In this document: positions 14,019 through 31,333 of the stretch, in pieces
How positions within the stretch are numbered: the first letter of the stretch is position 1
Layout of the letters: each line of letters opens with the position of its first letter
DNA from: Octopus sinensis
Lineage: Eukaryota
Direction: 5' to 3'
Assembly (NCBI RefSeq): GCF_006345805.1
Contig: NC_043020.1
Coordinates: forward strand, 25,358,001-25,422,000
DNA length: 64,000 nt
Made by a program: the position numbers and the translations under genes
The notes under the pieces: generated by a model
The model's database searches: none
Told to the model about the DNA's origin: nothing
Seen by the model: only the letters and a program-made list of their open reading frames with translations

Positions 14019-14599
14019 CTATTTTCCTTACACATTCTTCCTTGCTTTCATGTCTTTCTTCATCTCTACTTTATACAGCTTCTTCGTCCTTCGCTTTATC
14101 TCCTTTACTCTTCCCATCCCATTCTCTTTTTTTATCTCCTCGATATGTTCTGGTTTTCGAACCACTGTCTTTTTCCAATTGAACCCTGGGAGGATGTGCA
14201 AGCGTTCGTGGACACCTCCGTCACCGTCATGGTGTTGGATGGCAACAAATTGGAAGCTGTCGGTAATGGAATACCAAACGGTGGCAAGGGATAAGGTAAA
14301 TCCAGAGACGTTAGTGGACTTTCAGCTTGGTATCTGATGAGGCAGGTCCACTGGGTTGGACCGACGGATCGCTTAAACTAATCAGGGGAATGCTCGGTTC
14401 AGGTCTTCAGGTAGAGAGAAACTAAGATGTGGTAATGAACAGGGTGGTCACTCTTACCCAGAAATGGGTTCAAAGATAGAACAGAGAGAGACAGAACAGC
14501 TACATCAGTTCCGTCATAATATACCACGTGACTATCGTGCTTTTCTCCCCAATTAAATTGGAGAATTTTCTCCTGTTTTTCGTAGATGTTGATCAGACT

Positions 14600-15250
14600 G
14601 TTTATTTACTGTGTCCGGGAACTGCTGACTTGCGAAGTTATGTCGAACAGCTACTGTCACGTGTGGAACGGATCTGTCTGTCGTCCGAGTCCATAGTGAT
14701 AACTGCCCCACCGCCCTCTTTTAATCGGGCAAGCAAGACAGTTTTCCTTTGTCTGGTGGATGTGGCGAAAGAGGTTGTCTGGTGGATAAGGCTGAAAGGA
14801 ATGAGGACAGAGACATCCCTCATCGACTTTTTCAAGTTTCACTTGAAAAGGAAAGTGAGAGTGGAGAGAGCAGTACTGTCCTTGAGTGAATTTATCAGAG
14901 AGTGGGTGAAAGTTGCGAGAATGGCAAGAGTGGTTGGTACCACTCCCAGTGTAGACCTGCGAGTGGGAGGAAAGGCATTGGAAAAGGTATTTGTCCGTGG
15001 TGATCATGAATGGTGGGGTTCCTCGATCAACCCTAAAGGCCTTTCTGTATCAGGAGGACCCCATCACAATTCCTTTTTTTTTTTTGCTTTCTTTGTGTTA
15101 TATACTATGTATACTGCCTTTATTTTTAATGTATACTGTGCCTCCTATTTTTTATAATCCTTTCATCATTATATATAAACCCACACACCTTATGTCTGTC
15201 TTTGTATTGTCCCCCTCATCCTTCGCCCTGGTGGCAAATAAAAGAAATCA
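14600..15250 (+). mobile_element. Tx1/L1-clade LINE 3' end with (ATT)n tail
   Basis: ORF 14528-15157: YVEQLLSRV..FFKFHLKRKVRVER..WVKVARMA; AATAAAAGAAATC then (ATT)n. Confidence 0.75.
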
Positions 15251-15254
15251 TTAC

Positions 15255-15296
<42 letters not shown>

Positions 15297-15313
15297 CATC
15301 ATCATCATCATCA

Positions 15314-15420
<107 letters not shown>

Positions 15421-15533
15421 GCGGTTATACAACAAATACCAGTGATGGTCTGTGGTGAATTTAATGAACAGTCCTCGTCCCTTGAATATATCTGTACGAT
15501 AGAAAATATTATCCGCATCATCAGTAACTTCAC

Positions 15534-15573
<40 letters not shown>

Positions 15574-16089
15574 GTCATCATCATCTCTACCACTGTATCA
15601 GCATCGTCGTCGTCATCCTCATTACCATTATCATCTACATCACCATCCGCGTATTTATTATCAATGAAATACATTAAAATCACTAATCACAGGTGTTTGT
15701 GTATGTATGTGTGTGTACAGGTGTGTGTTTGTGTGGGTGGGTGGTGATGATTGTGAAGTAATTGTGGCACTGTTTGTTCACTTTTAATTACGATGTTATG
15801 TAATCAACGGTTACAATCTTAATTAAAGTTGATTCACGATATTTCGCCATCTTTCTCCAATCTACTTCACCATCTTCTCACTTCTCACCCACATTCCCCC
15901 ATCACACTCCACCCACCCTCCTACATCTCCCCGCCACCTCACCTCACCCCATTCCATTCGACTCCTCCCTCTCTCCCTCTCCGCTATTCTTACCTCACCG
16001 CCTCCCCCCCTCAGTTACCTTTATTTTAACTACCCGCACCTTTCCACACTCCACCTTCCATCTTACTTCTACCTCATCCCACTACCTGT

Positions 16090-16660
16090 GCCTCATCCGC
16101 GCTCACCTTCCGTAACGCCTGCAAACATCGCCGCCGCCACCACCACCACTACAACAATAACATCATCACTATCATCGACACCACCACTGCCATCACCTTC
16201 CCGCCAATTATCATTCCTACCACTACCGCTACCATCATCACTTCCCTCAATCTTTACTACCACAACAACCACCACCAATAAAACCTTTTCTACCACAACT
16301 GTCTTTCTACTACAGCGCCATCATTACAACCATCGCACACACTAGCATCACAATTACCATGGCAACTATCACCAACACGATTCACCACCGTTACTACCAC
16401 CATCATCATCACTAACTCAATCACCACTGCCACTACTATCACCACCACTACCACCACCGCCACAACCATCACCGCCACCACCACCACTGCCACTACCACC
16501 ACCGCCACCATCACCACCACTACCAACACTGGCACCGCCACTACCAACACCGCTACAACCACCACAGCTACAACCACCACCGCCACTACCGCCACAACCA
16601 CTACCATCACAGCCACCACCACCACGGGCACAACTACCACCGCCGCCGCCACCACCACTA
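16090..16660. repeat. Degenerate (ACC/CCA)n low-complexity tract
   Basis: Direct reading. Confidence 0.85.
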
Positions 16661-17544
16661 TTAAGATCATTTCAATCCCTCCCTCCCCCTCATTCTTCAC
16701 TATAATTGATTCTTACTCCTACTTCTTCCACCACCTTTTCTAATTACACCATACGTGGTATTCTCTGTGGCTTCCTTCCACCTCTTCAACCCACCTCTCT
16801 TTCACTCTCTCTCTCTCTCTTTCTCGATCGCGCTCTCTCTCTCTCTATTTTACTTCCTCAACCTCTCTCTATCTATGTCTATTGCGTTCTATATCTAGCT
16901 ACTATCGTACAGACGCACACACACACACACATACATACATACACACACAAACACACACAAGTAAAGAACTATTCACATACACACACATAGCACTATACAT
17001 GGCAATTTATCGACACACACACACACACACAACTCACACACGCATACGCAGTATCACACGCAAACACACGCACAACATTGTTATACAGGTGCGCAAACAG
17101 CATACTCCTACTTGCATCATCTCACACAGACACAGCATCTCGCTTATACACACACACACACACACACACTCACACACACACACGCACAAAGCAAATCACT
17201 GCATACATCTCACACACACTTCATATTCAGTTACCTACCCCCCGCCCCACTTGTGTTGAATGCCAGAATCGGTGGAGCGACACACCAAATACCTTGTGTT
17301 AGTTACTTCCCTTCATGCTCTAAGCTCAACCCTCAACGTTATAGACTTCCACCTATCTCCCTCCAGGGACTGTCAACCTCTGAGGTCGATATAACTGGCT
17401 ATTTATTTATTCATATCAAGTTCCTTTCTTTTGTTCTTTATGAATTTTGAGGGCCATATTCGAACAGAATTGGTAAATCTCTGGAGTAAAGAGCTTAAAC
17501 CATCATCTGTGACATCCTACCTTCCCAACCAAGACTCAAAGTCC

Positions 17545-17715
17545 CGGTTTCCGTAGCGCATATATTTCCCCTCTGGACGTGCTGCCGGTCCGTCGCGGGA
17601 TTACTCATTTTTGCCAGCTGAGTGGACTAAAGCAACGTGAAATGAAGTGTTTTGCTCAAGAGCACAACGCGTCGCCCGGTCCAGGATTCGAAACCACAAA
17701 TTTACGATTGTGTAC
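17545..17715 (-). mobile_element. SINE (family A-related)
   Basis: Homologous to 10303-10537. Confidence 0.75.
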
Positions 17716-17789
17716 CCAACACGAGCTTCTCCATCTTCTGTGACCTGATCGCCGACACAATTCTGATGAGGTTGCAGATATTATTTTCT

Positions 17790-18163
17790 ACTGTAAGCAC
17801 AAGGCCCGCAATTGGGGGATTAGATCGACTCCAGTACGCAACTGGTACTTAATTTATCGACTCCGAAAGGATGAAAGGTAAAGTCGACTTCGGCGGAATT
17901 TGAACTCAGAACGTAAAGACAGACGAAATACCTATTTCTTTACTACCCACAAGGGCTAAACACAGAGGGGACAAACAAGGACAGACACACAGATTAAGTC
18001 GATTACATCGACTCCAGTGCATAACTGGTACTTAATTTATCGACCCCGAAAGGATGAAAGGCAAAGTCGACCTCGGCGGAATTTGAACTCAGAACGTAGC
18101 GGCAGACGAAATATCGCTAAGCATTTCGCCCGGCGTGCTACCGCTTCTGCCAGCTTGCCACCT
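17790..18163 (-). mobile_element. SINE family B, dimeric form
   Basis: Two internal copies of the CGGCGGAATTTGAACTCAGAACGT module. Confidence 0.85.
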
Positions 18164-19599
18164 TGAGGTCGCAGATATAAGACGAAACTTGTTGATCATA
18201 CACAACATTATCATGGTATAAAACGAATGCGAAAGTAATAATGTGTGTATTTAAAATGGCGAATACAACTCTTCAACGATGGAATTGCCCCAGTTCCAAT
18301 ATAGGATTTCAAATCATTTTTTTTTTCTTCTCACCCAACACAACCAAAGTGAAATACCTTCTGTTAGAACTTTGGCTTTGTAAGGTCCGTCTCTGCCTTC
18401 GTAGTTCTGCGACACGAAACGACATTGTTGTTATTGTTGTTGTCGTTATCACTATTATTGTTGATGTTGATGCGGATGATGATAATGTTATTGTTGTTGC
18501 TAGTGTTGTTTATTCTCATTATTGCTGTTGTTTTTGTTGTCATTGTCATTATTGTTGTTGTTGTTATTGTTGATGATGTTGATGTTGTTGTTTAACAGCA
18601 ACACGCGAGACTCTCTGCACAATCAACTGTCGCATCCGCCATGTTCATGGGACACCGCTTATGTTATGAGAGCTTATAGATCTGTATAAACAAACATCAG
18701 TTTTGCTTTACTGTGGGGATTAGCTGACGGTTTCTCCTGCCATTATAGTGTTTCCCTCCGCTGTGTCAAATATCTTCAGTGTTTGTTTTGTTATTTTGTT
18801 GGTTGATGTTTGTGTTTCCGTGCCTGACAGTTATTCTGCCCAGTGTGGGAAGGAGTGTGTGCTTTGTGTGGTAATAATGAGTTATGGTTATAGGAAATTT
18901 CGCCATAAACATTTTCGCCGTGGGGAAATTTGCCGTAAGAAATTTCCTTTTAAATGATCTCATGGATTTTTTTTGTTTGACGTTGAATAAAGATTTGCTT
19001 GTTTAATGCTTATTCTCTTATTCTTTTTATTATTATTTTTGTTATTATTATTATTATTATTATATTATTATTATTATTACTATTATTATTTTTAAAAATG
19101 CAGGTATGATACGCTTTGTCATTGTCCATTCGGCGAATTTTCTGGACGCGGGGAGTTGTGTATCTTTGGTTATCTAGAATGGTGAATAGCATTGCTTCGA
19201 GTGATGGCGATATGTTGTGTGGGTTGAGCTGCTTTAGTGAGCGCTTATGAAAGTGTTGTGTGTAGACCTCCGTGCCTGGCCCCAGCTCCCGTCAAATCAA
19301 AATATAGCATCCGTTCTTCTGCTTCCTCTGAAAGAGACGCTTTCTATCGGTCAAGTAGTCCGTCAACTACTCACACTCTCTGCCAGGTGGGCTCAGCATG
19401 CCATGACCGTTGATACTCAGAAACATATAGCAATAAGTGGGTGTGGTCTCCGATTGTAAGGCACATCTTTTCTCAGCTCATCTCTTTGATAAAGCTGCGA
19501 CCTCGGGCCAAGATAAAAGACCAGAATAGGAAACCTGTCGTCTGGAATATATTCAGGCCTTCACTCCCTTTTGCTAGTCATGCAATGCGGTGGAATGTT

Positions 19600-19915
19600 C
19601 ACGTTAACAATAGATAAAGAAAACGTCTTGAGGAACCACTAGGCATCGATAAAGTCGGACTTTGGGGCTAAGGACGACTATGGATATCTTCAAAAACCCT
19701 TTGCTTGGCAATGCAGCCGAGGAGCATCACCGGTTCAAAACTTTTTCTCTGCATTGACGCGAATTCCGTCAGATGGGTCTTTCTGTAGAGCGCGTTAAGG
19801 AACGAAATTGTCTTTCTCGCATCCAGTCAGTGTCCAAGATTTACTACTGTTGCTGTGGTTAAGACGGATCCGGCTAGCAGCCGAGTCTATCGTGATGGTC
19901 ACTTCACCGTTCTAC
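19600..19915 (+). mobile_element. Decayed Tx1/L1-clade C-terminal fragment
   Basis: Traces of MD.F..LAWQC..G..PV and RIRLAAESIVMVT; homologous to the 33 kb copy. Confidence 0.55.
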
Positions 19916-20005
19916 TTTTAAATAAGTACCAGTGTAACATTGAGGTCAGTGTAATCGATTAAACTCTCCCCACAACTTTCAGGCTTTGTGCTTATTGCAG
20001 AAAGG

Positions 20006-20067
<62 letters not shown>

Positions 20068-20080
20068 CATTATTATTATT

Positions 20081-22157
<2,077 letters not shown>

Positions 22158-22164
22158 TATTATT

Positions 22165-22730
22165 GAGTGAGAGAGCAGTGCATATCGTCAAAGTGACACT
22201 GGGGTAAAATATACGAAGCCCAATATACCCATCATGACTACCCGTCTGATAAGGGTACACCAGGCACATGCATCACAACCACACGTGCACGACATGGTGA
22301 TCTCATATCAAGATTAACAGCGCATGGCCTTGTAGGTGGGGCCCAGTTAGAATTTTCTTCAGGTTGAGTAGCCCATCCTACTCAAAAGGTCCCTGAATAA
22401 GGATTGTTTAAGGATGTTGAACAAACCACCCATGTTTCCAGATGCGAATTATCCAAACCCCAAAGAATTCCTCTCAACACACGACTATGATGCTCCCCAA
22501 CTACTTTTGCTCGTGATCAGAGATGCACATATCGTCAGCCACTAAGGGACATGCTCAACTGGTTGTGGTCAAACAACTGACAAACACATCTGTGGTATTG
22601 AGCAGAATATTTGCTGTAGCCCATCTTTTATACGATGACAAAACAATGTAGATGATAACACTTCCAATCAGTTAAGATCAGAAGCCATGAGAGCCACTGC
22701 CTGGTGCTGCATCAGAGCATTAACTATTTT
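22165..22730. mobile_element. ~570-bp dispersed repeat next to an (ATT)n tract, copy 1
   Basis: Aligns over its length with 60790-61350. Confidence 0.8.
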
Positions 22731-22870
22731 ATTAATAATATATTCCACCGAGGTCGACTTTATCTTTCATCCTTTCGGGGTCGATAAATTAAGCACGAGT
22801 GAAACACTGGGATCGATTCAATCGACTAGTTCCCTCCCCAAATTTCAGGCCTTGTGCCTATAGTAGAAAC

Positions 22871-22939
<69 letters not shown>

Positions 22940-22953
22940 CATTATTATTATTA

Positions 22954-23690
22954 TATGTTTGATTTTTGCTTTGCATTTGTACAAGTTGTCTCCAAGTCTC
23001 ACCCAGAGACCTTAAGGGACAAGTTAGAAGTTCAAGTTGGTGTTATGCCTAGGGTGCCATATATTTGGTTTTACACATAGTATTGTTCTAGAGAATGTTT
23101 AAGAAAACATAAGAAAATTTGTTTTCAAATTAGAGATTACATAGACAATATTCTACGTAGGATATGGGTAGATCCCATGAGCACTATCTTTTGAATTTCT
23201 GCCATTTGGGGGTTTCCTGGTATCTGAGCTAGGTAGCAATCAGCCCCTTTCGTTATCATTCCTAGGGAACCTACGACAACCGGTATTGTTTTAGTCTTGT
23301 CAGGTTCCACATTTTGCCAATTTCTATTTCAAGATCTTTATACTTGCTCAGCTTTTGGTAGGTCTTGACAGATACGTTTATGTCGATTGGGACAGTCATA
23401 TCAATGAGGAGGCATGATTTTTGTCAGAAGTCTTTCATTATAATGTCCGGCCTATTCGCATCTGTCTCTCTATCAGTTTGAATGGTGAAGTTCCAGAGGA
23501 GTGAGATGTGGTCATTTTCAAGCACTGGCGGTGGTTTGTGTTCCCACCAGTTTTTATCATGGAGCAAGTCCAGGTTTTTGCAAATTACCCAGTGAATATA
23601 TTGGGCAGCTCTATCATGCCTGTTTAGATACTCTGTAGGCGCTAGAAGACTGCACTTGGAGACAACATGATCAATGGTTTCATTTTGTTG
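22954..23690 (-). mobile_element. R4/Dong-type LINE 3' end with CCHC-type knuckle and RLE endonuclease
   Basis: Minus: ETIDHVVSKC..RHD..IHWVIC..NRPDII..LLIDMTVP..KLSKYKDL..IPVVVGSLG; ends in (TAA)n. Confidence 0.9.
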
Positions 23691-23721
23691 TTATTATTAT
23701 TATTATGGCTTCATTTTATTA

Positions 23722-23756
<35 letters not shown>

Positions 23757-24048
23757 GTTATTATTATTATTATTATTATTGTTATTATTATTATTATTAT
23801 CATTATTTTAATTTTGCTTTTTATGTAATTACAGAATATCAACCAGATATTTAGGACAGGCATCGGTAGTTTTGACACACTTCTTCATTATTATTGTTGT
23901 TATTATTATTATTATTATTGTTATTATTATTATTATTATCATTATTTTAATTTTGCTTTTTATGTAATTACAGAATATCAACCAGATATTAGGACAGGCA
24001 TCGGTAGTTTTGACACACTTCTTCATTATTATTGTTGTTATTATTATT

Positions 24049-24083
<35 letters not shown>

Positions 24084-24526
24084 TACCACCACCTGTGACA
24101 GTGGTGGTGATGTAGTGGGTGACTGTATTCGGGAAAAAAATGTGATGGTTGTGGCGGCTTTCGTGATTGACGTTTTCGCTGTTGGTTATTGTTGTTGTTG
24201 TTATTGTTGTTGCTATTTTTGTTGATGGGATCCTACAAGTTATTGGTTTTGCTGTTATTGATGGTGATTTTGTTGTCATTGTTGTTGTTGTTGTCGATGT
24301 TGCATCTAAAAATATCTAAAAATCGCTGCATAAAACAAGACATAATGGGAAAGCTATATCGAATAGAAAAACTTACGTCTCACAGCAATTATCGTCTGTA
24401 CGAGATTACGAGCTCTTTTGACAGGTTATTTAAACGAACTTTCTAGATTTCAACCAATATCGTCCGATACCACAATTGTATTCCTGGAAGCGTAAATGGT
24501 CGGAGAATTGTGCAAGGAATTTTATA

Positions 24527-24617
24527 GCAGACAATATGGCTGCCGAACAGGACTGGTTGTCGCAGACAATATGGCTGCCGAACAGGACTGGTTGTCGCAG
24601 ACAATATGGCTACCGAG
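24527..24617. repeat. 35-bp tandem repeat, 2.6 copies
   Basis: GCAGACAATATGGCTGCCGAACAGGACTGGTTGTC twice plus a partial copy. Confidence 0.9.
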
Positions 24618-24837
24618 TGACTCTGAATGTCAAAACATTACTGATAAACGCTGTCAGATTTGTTCTGGTCTCGTTTATTGAGATAAAATACTAATTACGT
24701 CAAACAATCGTATTTGTTTCTTTTTCATCTTCGTATTTACTTATATTTGTTCGGCGGGACACCTTAAAAGCCATCTTGATGAGAAGAAGAAGAAGAAGAA
24801 GAAGAAGAAGAAGAAGAAGAAGAAGAAGAAGAAGAAG

Positions 24838-24868
<31 letters not shown>

Positions 24869-25427
24869 ATTTCTAACTTAGGCACAAGGCCAGCAACTTT
24901 TGAGGAGAAGGATATGTGGGTTAATCAATCACACTGATGCCAGTTCCAAATTGGTATCTTATTTCGTCTTTCATCTCCCCAAAGATGAAGGAGTAACTGG
25001 ACCTGAAATTTGAGGTTGTCGGCGGGGTTCAGTCAATTACACGAACTCCACTTTTTGAATGGTACCTTTTTTCTTTCTTTCCCAGGCTAGAAAAAAAGGT
25101 CGATTATTTTAAAATTACAATCATAGTGACGAAAAGAATCGTTTCCTAAATGAGACAAACCCGAAATTTATAATTATGTTAAACCTTAGTCTGCCGGCAA
25201 CAACATATATTCGACTGTTACTCTCGTAACTATATAACGAAATCGAAGACGGAATCGATACGTTTAATGTTGTGGGGCAGGGTGGGGTCTATACATTTAC
25301 GCCATCAAAATAGAAGCTAAGAAAATTTGTATAAACGAAACTGTCCACTGGGGAACGTCTATGACCTTTATAAGTACGGTTGCAATTTCATATTTTAACC
25401 AATATATTTAATATATTCATCCTGATG

Positions 25428-25513
<86 letters not shown>

Positions 25514-25560
25514 CAGATAGATATATATTTAAGTATATATTTGTACATATATTAATATAC

Positions 25561-25592
<32 letters not shown>

Positions 25593-26132
25593 ATGCATAT
25601 ATGTACATGTGTTTATGTACGCATCCACGTACGTGTACATCTATACGTATATGTATTGAATATCCGCCAATCACTGGAAGATTACAAACTGTACACAGCT
25701 AAGAGGATCTCTTTTATTTAACGCTTTTTTCTATTCTCTACTTTGGTTGCTTTGTGAGTCGGGGTTGGGGTCCTGCTTGTAGCCTTCATATTTATACTTT
25801 GGACTTTTTTTTCTCTCGAAATGTTACGACGAATGCACAACTCATCAAACGAAAGAAAAAAGAGGATTTTATTTCAGAAATGAGAAAATTATTTTGAGAA
25901 ACACATTTTGAGAAACACATTTAGAGAAAAAAAAAATTAAATATACTCTCTTCCTCTTGAGCTCTCTTTCTCTTTTCACCTCTCTCTCTCCCTCTTTCTC
26001 CCTCTCCCTCTCTTTCTGTCGTGCTCTCTGACTCTTTATTTCACTCCTTTGTGAATATATATATTTATTATGCATATATATTCACACATATATGTATATA
26101 ATTATTATGTACATAAATGAATATATTTATAA

Positions 26133-26173
<41 letters not shown>

Positions 26174-27420
26174 ATATGCAAATATATATATACATATATA
26201 TGCATATATATACATATATAAGTACATGTATATAAATACGTATATATGCAAACAGATATATATATATATATCACATGCACACACACACACACATATAGAC
26301 CGACACACACTCACACATGAATGTACGTATATGTATGTATATATATATACATACATACATACATACATTCATACATACATACATATACGTACATTCATGT
26401 GTGTGTGTGTTTGTCTGTCTGTCTGTATGTGTGGGTATGTGCTCGACTGTGCGCATACGCGCAAATTTATAAAAGAAAGGTAAAAAAAAACTAAAAATAA
26501 AACTCAAATTAAACATAAAACTGAGAAGAAATGGTGTGAAAACAAAATGGCGGCCTGAAGATAAAAACGAAACGAATGAAGCGTCTGTGTGTTTAATCCA
26601 GAAGTGTTGTTGGTGTTTTGTTATCAGATATTGAGCAGTGTTTGCTGTTAAAGATATTCGTTCTGTGTAGAATGGTAAATTGTCTTGAAGATGGCATCGT
26701 CTGTTAGACACTTCTGTTTGTGTGTGTATTTGTACGAATGTGGGGATGGGGGAATGTTTATGTCAATATTTGTAGATTTGTATATTTCGAAATACCTATA
26801 TAAACACAGGTACGATTGTATGTATATATGTGTGTTAGTGTAAGCGTATATGAGCGTGTGTTTGTGTGCATGGTGCATGTTGTGTGTGTATGTTTGTGTG
26901 TGTGTGTATGTTTGTATGTGCGTGTGTGTGTGTGTGTGTGCTTATGATAATATATGGTCGTATGTATTTTTCGATATTCTGTACAAGTATACCTACAGAG
27001 GTATGGCTTTTATGTGTGTGTTTGAGTGTCTGTATGTGTGCGAAGGCGCGTGTGTGAGTGTTTGTGTTTGTAAATGAAGTTATAATATGTATTAATGTCA
27101 TTTTATTGCAATCATGGTTGATTTTATCTGTTTCTGTACGTTTGTATCTAACGTGTGTGCGTATATATATATATATATATACTCACTAACATGCTTACAC
27201 ACATGCTTATACATGCGTGCACACACACACACACATACACACACAGAGAACCTCTTAAGTAGGTCATTGTTTTCCTTCATCGCATTATTTCAATATTCCT
27301 CACTAAGCGTAAGACATTTTCTATTCGGGTTTTTTATGAGGGACATTTATCTTTACACATAATAATCGGTGAGTTCGTATCGTGATTAGGAAATTTGTTT
27401 TGATATCAAAGCAAATCTGA

Positions 27421-27855
27421 AGGTGGCATGATGGCAGAATCGTTAGCACGCCGGGCAAAATGCTTAGCGACATTTCAAATGTTCAAATGTGTTCAAATGC
27501 CGCCGAGGTCGACTTTGCCTTTCATCTTTTGGGGGTCGATAAAATAAGTTCAAGTCAAACACTGGAGGTCATGTAATCGATTTTCCCCTCCTCCGAAAGT
27601 GCTGGCCTTGTGCCAAAATTTGGAATCAATATGAAAGCAAAATTAAGGCTCAGAGCTGGCAGAATTGTTATCGCTCCGGACTAGATACTTAGTGATATTT
27701 CGTCCGTCTTTACGTTTTGAGTTCAAATTCCACCGAGGTCGACCTCGCCTTTCATCCTTTCGGGGTCGATAAGAATAAGTACCAGTTGAGTACTGGGATC
27801 GATATAACCGACTTAACCCCTCCCGCGAAGTTGCTGGCTTTGTGCCAAAATTTGA
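27421..27855 (+). mobile_element. Two adjacent family-B SINEs
   Basis: Family B head and body twice. Confidence 0.8.
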
Positions 27856-28477
27856 AGTTAAGATTAAAACAAAACTAGACTCCCAGAAAACTAGGAATGA
27901 CCTTTCTTCTGCATATTATAAAAAAAGAAGGGTTTCTAAAATTCGTAATTCCGAGACACACATCAGAGGCGGATGCTCTGAGATACACCATCAGTGACGT
28001 TTCTGGGGTCTCGAGGAGTTTGAGTATTTCAACATCGGAGAACAGAACTGAAGGGCACCAATGACGAGGCGTTAAGCTAGGAGATGGAATCAGTCAGAGA
28101 ACATAGGACGAAACTTGGATCAAAACACACTTCCAAGCGCCACCACCACCTCCACCACCACTATCATCACCATAATCACCGCAACCACCACCATTAGAAT
28201 GTTGTTCTCAAAAGAATTCAAAACGAATGTCATTCATTGAAGTTTTTCCATGAAGAAACTGATATTCCAGTCTCCAAGATTATTGTACCTGGATAGTGTA
28301 ATGGCTGTGTGGCTCAAACTCCACACGTGGCAACTTGAGCAAGTGTCGTCTATTTATCGACCCCGATAGGATGGAAGGCAAAGTCGACTTCGGCGGAATT
28401 TGGACTAATAACGTAAAGACAGACCGCTAAGCATTTCGTCTGGTGTGCTAGCGATTCTGCTAGCTCGCCGCCTTCGC

Positions 28478-28745
28478 GACATTATAAATAATGTAACACC
28501 ATAAATGTGACTTCATAAATACAGCGATATCATAAACACTGTGACACCGTAAATGCTGTGATATCATATATACTGTGACATCATAAATGCTATTACATTA
28601 TAAATGCTGTGGGATCATAAATACAGTGACATCATAAAGGCTGAGCCAAAAATACTCTGACATCATAAATACTGTGACAACATAAAAATCGTTACGGCAT
28701 AAATACTATGACATTATAAATATTGTGACATTGTAAATAGTGTCG
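28478..28745. repeat. Degenerate 17-bp minisatellite (CATAAATACTGTGACAT)
   Basis: About 15 diverged copies. Confidence 0.85.
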
Positions 28746-29260
28746 TTTTCCCGCTCCAAACCCTATAAAAACAATAACTTTATTACTCTCTAAATTCGGT
28801 GCAAAAATAAAACAGATCAATAACCAATCACAACTAGAAATGGATCGATCAGATCTGAATAATTATTAGAATGGATTATCAATAAATAGATATCCGGATT
28901 GATATTTATCTCGAACTTTGAAATTAGACATCGTGAATTTAATTATTTATTCATTACTGGTGCTATTTTTTAGTTCTCTATTCTAGTAAATATTGTACTG
29001 CAGACAACATTGCACCGTTATGTAAATGAGTGTTTGTCAAGACACGGAAGTGATTCCATTATAATAGTTATTTATCTAATTAAGACATCGGGTCTGAAAT
29101 TTTGCAAAGAGGTGGTAAGTACATAGAATTGAGGCAAGTTCTTTAATGGTCCTTCATTCTGATGACTTCAAGCGAATGAAAGGCAGAGTTGAACTGGGTG
29201 GAATTTGAAGTGAAAAGGTAAAGACTGTAAGAATACCTGTCAGTTCGCTGAGAGGGTATA

Positions 29261-30951
<1,691 letters not shown>

Positions 30952-31035
30952 ACACAATTGCAGCGTGGAAGGTGTTTATAAGCCATTTAAGAAACACACA
31001 AAAGCCGTTCGATTCACTTCAACATTTAAGTTTAA

Positions 31036-31085
31036 TTTGTCAAAATATTTTCGTCGCTAAAATCCGCGACCTGTTCACTGACAAA
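31036..31085 (-). ncRNA. Mirror copy of the G3-C8 hammerhead
   Basis: Exact reverse complement of 31104-31153. Confidence 0.75.
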
Positions 31086-31103
31086 GTCCGATGCAGCACG
31101 GAC

Positions 31104-31153
31104 TTTGTCAGTGAACAGGTCGCGGATTTTAGCGACGAAAATATTTTGACAAA
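31104..31153 (+). ncRNA. Minimal type I hammerhead ribozyme, G3-C8 core variant
   Basis: Helix I TTTGTCA/TGACAAA; core GTGAACA+G; helix II GTCGC/GCGAC; GAAA; palindromic helix III AATATT; UUU triplet, predicted cut after 31146. Confidence 0.75.
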
Positions 31154-31291
31154 TTAAACTTAAATGTTGAAGTGAATCGAACGGCTTTTGTGTGTTTCTT
31201 AAATGGCTTATAAACACCTTCCACGCTGCAATTGTTTTCGTTTCAGCACACGATCTCAGATCAAATTACTTGCTATGCGAGTACATCTCCG

Positions 31292-31333
<42 letters not shown>

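Larger units (their letters stand above)
30954..31293. mobile_element. HHR-bearing fold-back element: perfect 137-bp arms, 8-nt apex, (TA)n on both sides
   Basis: Arms 30954-31090 and 31099-31235; the right arm continues to 31293. Confidence 0.85.

Noticed and set aside
14334-14395. CTGATGA followed by a GGTCCA/TGGACC hairpin as a hammerhead
   Set aside because: No GAAA, NUH or helix I; at best a heavily decayed relic.
16088-16700. Mucin-like Thr-rich exon
   Set aside because: A degenerate ACC repeat with no supported splice context.
24527-24617. 35-bp repeats as a CRISPR array
   Set aside because: The copies are head-to-tail with no spacers, there are no cas genes, and the context is eukaryotic.
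26555-26590. CTGAAGA..GAAACG..CGTC
   Set aside because: No helix II and no helix I pairing; likely chance.
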